Shown one piece after another: positions 7,320-10,765 of a DNA stretch of 10,765 bases. The position numbers and the translations under genes were made by a program. The DNA comes from Candidatus Helarchaeota ASGARD archaeon Hel_GB_B (GTDB taxonomy: Archaea > Asgardarchaeota > Lokiarchaeia > Helarchaeales > HEL-GB-B). The notes below the pieces were generated by a model. The model was given only the letters and a program-made list of their open reading frames with translations. It was not told where the DNA came from and made no database searches. The DNA is taken from contig SUPR01000105.1 in NCBI GenBank assembly GCA_005191425.1, positions 1-10,765 on the forward strand, read 5' to 3'. Each line of letters begins with the position of its first letter. Positions within the stretch are counted from its first letter, which is position 1.

Positions 7320-8633
7320 TTGCTAGGAGACATTAGCGATGAGGAAACTAATAAATTAATAGCATTAGTTTCAGAAAATGTAAGAAAAAATTTAATGGGG
7401 AGAAATGTTGTCGAGTCTAAATTATTCCCCGTTTCTCATTATATTCATACTGCTACATATATTTTATATGACCAAGCATATCAATATAATATCACAAAAG
7501 AATTAGCGAAAAAGGTTAAACCTGAAGAAATTGGCCGGAGATCTAAAACTCTCGGTTCTCCAATTAACCAGCTTGCTATGAATTCGTTTGTAATGTTATA
7601 TTTACATGGCAGAGCTCAAGTTATCCATGATAATATTTATAAAAAGTCTCATTCTGGTGCACAAACAGTTGTTGAGCCTGAAGAAAAGAAAAAACAGACT
7701 AAATTTATTCTAGATTTCTGGCGTCGAATGATCCCTAATTATCGAAATGATGGAAAATTAACTGCTGAAGATAAGAAAATCCAATTCTTATCAAACAAGA
7801 ATATCGAAGATTTAAAAGATGATATGATTGCTATTAATAACGATAATCTCGATATAATTAAAAAATTAAAAAGAATAATGGCTGAACTCACTATATATAA
7901 CTTTATTTTTCAAGGCGAATGTAGGGCCGGAATATTCGAATCGGGCCCCTATTATTTTGAAGATAACCCCGATCCACTTATCTTTAAAGAATTTCAATAC
8001 CTTTATACTGGTGATAATATGTTTGGAATAGATGTTTCAGAATATTTACAATTCCATAAAATCTCAAAAACTGCACCTATTCCAAATGTAATTTTTGGGA
8101 TGACTTTAGACCATACTCAGATAAAGAAACTTGAATTTAATGATTGGGGTACCTTATTTATAGAGCCTACAGAATTTTCTCCATATATTAAATCTATTGG
8201 AATTTGGACTAAAGAATTAATACACCCAAAAGATATGCGTTATCCTGATAAATTAGGACAATTAAATCCTTTAAATATACAAATTTTCGATGAATTGTCC
8301 TCTTTTGCAAACCAAGCAACTAAAGAATTATATATCAAATTTTCTAAAATGAATTATACTGAAAAATTAATGCTCGGTACTAATTTATATGCAAATTTTA
8401 TGGCATTATTTGCTATTTTTGGTGGAATTGAAAACGAATTTTCCTGGACCTGGCCATATGAGTATGCGAGAAATGAACCATTTAAAACTAATTTGTTAAA
8501 TAAGGACGAAATAACTCGTTATATAAAAAAACTCGAACATTTTCCAAATGGTGCGCATCCATTTCTTACAAGGTTATTCAGACGTAAGAAAATTCACAAA
8601 ATCGATCCAATGTACTATTTTCTTCAAAATTAA
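7320..8633 (+). CDS. Hypothetical soluble protein (about 437-440 aa)
   Basis: Long uninterrupted ORF with globular composition. AGGTG at 7309-7313 sits 6 nt before TTG 7320, so TTG is preferred over GTG 7311. No recognisable family; enzyme-like segments ESKLFPVS, GECRAGIFESGPY and FNDWGT. Confidence 0.75.
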   Translation: MLGDISDEETNKLIALVSENVRKNLMGRNVVESKLFPVSHYIHTATYILYDQAYQYNITKELAKKVKPEEIGRRSKTLGSPINQLAMNSFVMLYLHGRAQVIHDNIYKKSHSGAQTVVEPEEKKKQTKFILDFWRRMIPNYRNDGKLTAEDKKIQFLSNKNIEDLKDDMIAINNDNLDIIKKLKRIMAELTIYNFIFQGECRAGIFESGPYYFEDNPDPLIFKEFQYLYTGDNMFGIDVSEYLQFHKISKTAPIPNVIFGMTLDHTQIKKLEFNDWGTLFIEPTEFSPYIKSIGIWTKELIHPKDMRYPDKLGQLNPLNIQIFDELSSFANQATKELYIKFSKMNYTEKLMLGTNLYANFMALFAIFGGIENEFSWTWPYEYARNEPFKTNLLNKDEITRYIKKLEHFPNGAHPFLTRLFRRKKIHKIDPMYYFLQN

Positions 8634-8734
8634 CTTTTCTATTTTGTTATAAATTGATTAAATTCTATTTTCATTAAATTTATTAATCTGTTTTTATAAT
8701 TTCTTATTTAATAATTTTAAATTTAAAATAAGAG

Positions 8735-8968
8735 TTGAAAATTATAATGGTATCTGGTTCGATTATTAAGAAATTAAAAGAAGCTCAACTCCCTCAACAC
8801 GAAATTGCTAATTTAATCCATAATCTGGACGAACTCGAACAAACAGGTGGTAAACCTAAAAAGATTGAAAAGTTTGTAAATAAATTACTTAAAAATTCTG
8901 AACTAAAACAAAAATTTATATCGGATTATACTATTGGTTATAAAGAAATTGGAATAAAACCCCCATAA
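8735..8968 (+). CDS. Small hypothetical helical protein (73-77 aa; alternative ATG start at 8747)
   Basis: Lys/Glu-rich amphipathic sequence; ends 15-27 nt before the next same-strand gene. Confidence 0.6.
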   Translation: MKIIMVSGSIIKKLKEAQLPQHEIANLIHNLDELEQTGGKPKKIEKFVNKLLKNSELKQKFISDYTIGYKEIGIKPP

Positions 8969-8995
8969 ACCGAATTTAATAATTTGTGGTCGCTT

Positions 8996-10147
8996 ATGAA
9001 AAAACAACAAAAAATTTTCTTATTTGTGGGACTTCCATTTATCGCTTTTTTCATTTTTATCATTTCAATTTCTCTTGTAATTATGGGTACCTTTATGACT
9101 GTTTTTGTTATAGTTTTTATTATTGGTTTTTGTCTAAATAAAAAAGACCGAGCCTTGAACTTCACGAAATTGGGAATTTTGTTGTTTCTAATTTTTTTTA
9201 TTATGTATCCAAATATATTTGACTGGGGAAACCAAATCTCGCGGAGAATTGATAAACATCAATTAATTACATCTAACAGCCCTAAAATTGCAATACTAAA
9301 TAATAGCTTTTATGACTGGTATAGTAAATACAATGATACCTATTTTGGAGTTTCATCAACAACTAATTTTAATGATTTAAACGAAATTTTACAAGTAAAA
9401 CTTGTACAATTCTTTATCTATAATCATTCTAATCCCAACCAAATAATTGATTATAGTTACGATTTTATGGCACCATCTAGATGGGCTTACGACCATCTTG
9501 CAACTGTAGATGAAATTCTGAATGCTAATGCTACTCATGGTACTGATGATTGTGATGGAATAGCAGTGGTAACATGTTCATTATTAATCTATATGGGTTA
9601 TGATGCCTATATTGCTGAAGGAGATTTTCATTGGTGGACAATTGTCTTTTTTAATGGTACCCGTTATTGGAATGAAAATAATCCTGTTATGTTAAATTGG
9701 TGGCCTGAAGTTGGAAAACCTTACTATTTATTCAATGAAAAATATACTATTTTTCCTCAACCACTTCCTATTAGTATGTTAAATGTATTATCTGAGACCG
9801 GAAATTATGTTTACGGTGATTTTTATTATGATGTACTCATTGGAAAATATATTAACCCAATTCTTGCTTGGATTGCAATTATTTCAATCTTTCTGCTTTT
9901 ATCTATTGGTATTCAATATTTCTTAATTATTCCACGAAGATGGAAATTTAAAAAAGCAGACCTAACTGAAATTCTTTTTGGATGGTCTACTATTACAATA
10001 ATTGGAATTACTTTATTCTTTTTAGTTCACTTTAATTTGGCAATTTATGGTCATCTTTTAGTATTCACAAGTTTAACTGTTATAATCTTTAGTATGAGCC
10101 AAAAATTACCCCAAAAACTCCCTTTTTTCCGTTTATTTGTTAGATAA
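8996..10147 (+). CDS. Multi-pass membrane protein with a transglutaminase-like (papain-fold Cys-His) extramembrane domain (alternative TTG start at 8984)
   Basis: N-terminal and C-terminal hydrophobic helices flank a soluble domain containing TDDCDGIAVVTCSLLIYMG (Cys codon 9551-9553) and GDFHWWTIV (His codon 9629-9631). Confidence 0.75.
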   Translation: MKKQQKIFLFVGLPFIAFFIFIISISLVIMGTFMTVFVIVFIIGFCLNKKDRALNFTKLGILLFLIFFIMYPNIFDWGNQISRRIDKHQLITSNSPKIAILNNSFYDWYSKYNDTYFGVSSTTNFNDLNEILQVKLVQFFIYNHSNPNQIIDYSYDFMAPSRWAYDHLATVDEILNANATHGTDDCDGIAVVTCSLLIYMGYDAYIAEGDFHWWTIVFFNGTRYWNENNPVMLNWWPEVGKPYYLFNEKYTIFPQPLPISMLNVLSETGNYVYGDFYYDVLIGKYINPILAWIAIISIFLLLSIGIQYFLIIPRRWKFKKADLTEILFGWSTITIIGITLFFLVHFNLAIYGHLLVFTSLTVIIFSMSQKLPQKLPFFRLFVR

Positions 10148-10385
10148 TATTTAAATTAATTTATCAATTATTTTTTTAATTATTCAAATTTGATTTTTTT
10201 TAATTTCAATTTTAAAAATACGAACAATTATTGTAAATTATTAATAAAAATAGAGGATTCTAAATATGAAATTAAGTTATGTTTTATTTAATTTTGATGA
10301 AATATGAAATATAATAAAAACCTTTATTAAATGTTTAACCACTGAAAACCTTTTATTTTTAATTTGAAATTTGTATTTTTTTAAG

Positions 10386-10765
10386 TTAATCTAATGGAAT
10401 ATCTTTTAATATTTCCTTTAATTGATCTTTAGGAAGATTCTTTAATAATTCTTTTAATTGCTGGGGAGTCAGTCCTTTTAATTGCTGGGGAGTCAGTCCT
10501 TTTATTGCATCGACTGGAATATTTTTTACATCTTTTGGACTTAAAAGTTTCATTAATTCTTGCTTCCAATCTTCTACTTCCGTCATAATTACCACGTGTT
10601 TTTTTATTATTTCGGTTAAAAAAATCTCTTTTTTTTCTTTTTCTGAAGTATTATATATATACGATAATATAAATTTTTTTCGATTTTTTAATAAAAAAGG
10701 ATCATTTCCAGAAGTTTTTGAAATAGAATCGAAGATGTATTGGAGATTTATATCTCCTTTTTTAT
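10386..10765 (-). CDS. 3' part of a hypothetical protein (at least 125 aa, 5'-truncated by the window edge) with a C-terminal 8-residue repeat
   Basis: The frame of the listed 69-aa ORF stays open from 10595 to the window end (KKGDINLQYIFDSISKTSGNDPFLLKNRKKFILSYIYNTSEKEKKEIFLTEIIKKHVVIMTEVEDW...), so the GTG at 10595 is probably internal. Confidence 0.7.
   Translation of the reverse strand, partial: KKGDINLQYIFDSISKTSGNDPFLLKNRKKFILSYIYNTSEKEKKEIFLTEIIKKHVVIMTEVEDWKQELMKLLSPKDVKNIPVDAIKGLTPQQLKGLTPQQLKELLKNLPKDQLKEILKDIPLD
10451..10504 (+). repeat. Perfect in-frame tandem repeat, 24-nt unit x 2.25
   Basis: cttttaattgctggggagtcagtc at 10451-10474 and 10475-10498, then ctttta at 10499-10504; encodes KGLTPQQL twice on the minus strand. 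Confidence 0.95.

Noticed and set aside
8938-9165. 75-aa minus-strand ORF
   Set aside because: Antisense to the hydrophobic N-terminus of the transglutaminase-like gene; its K/I/T bias mirrors that.

Overview
Very AT-rich window that looks archaeal: TTTAWATA-type TATA boxes, GGTGA/AGGTG/AAGGAG ribosome-binding sites, archaeal-type Asd, a DUF369 cyclophilin-like protein, an HdrD-like CCG protein and a RadA paralog. An Asgard (Loki/Hel-like) host is plausible but is inference only. No rRNA, tRNA, CRISPR array, integrase or transposase was seen. The most unusual segment is the minus-strand block at 3967-6999. It encodes (i) a 370-aa single-chain protein joining an archaeo-eukaryotic primase (AEP) catalytic domain with a DxE motif I to a PriL-type Cys-rich C-terminal domain, (ii) a polytopic membrane protein split by a 1-nt frameshift in a 9-nt homopolymer, and (iii) a RadA/Rad51 paralog that has lost Walker A, Walker B and the catalytic Glu but keeps an FxxA-like N-terminus and ends in a PIP-box-like tail. 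Items (i) and (iii) might form a DNA-damage tolerance or repriming module, but adjacency is the only link and the primase gene appears to have its own promoter. The right side holds a 440-aa hypothetical protein, a small helical protein followed by a membrane transglutaminase-like protein, and the 3' end of a gene with a perfect 24-nt tandem duplication.
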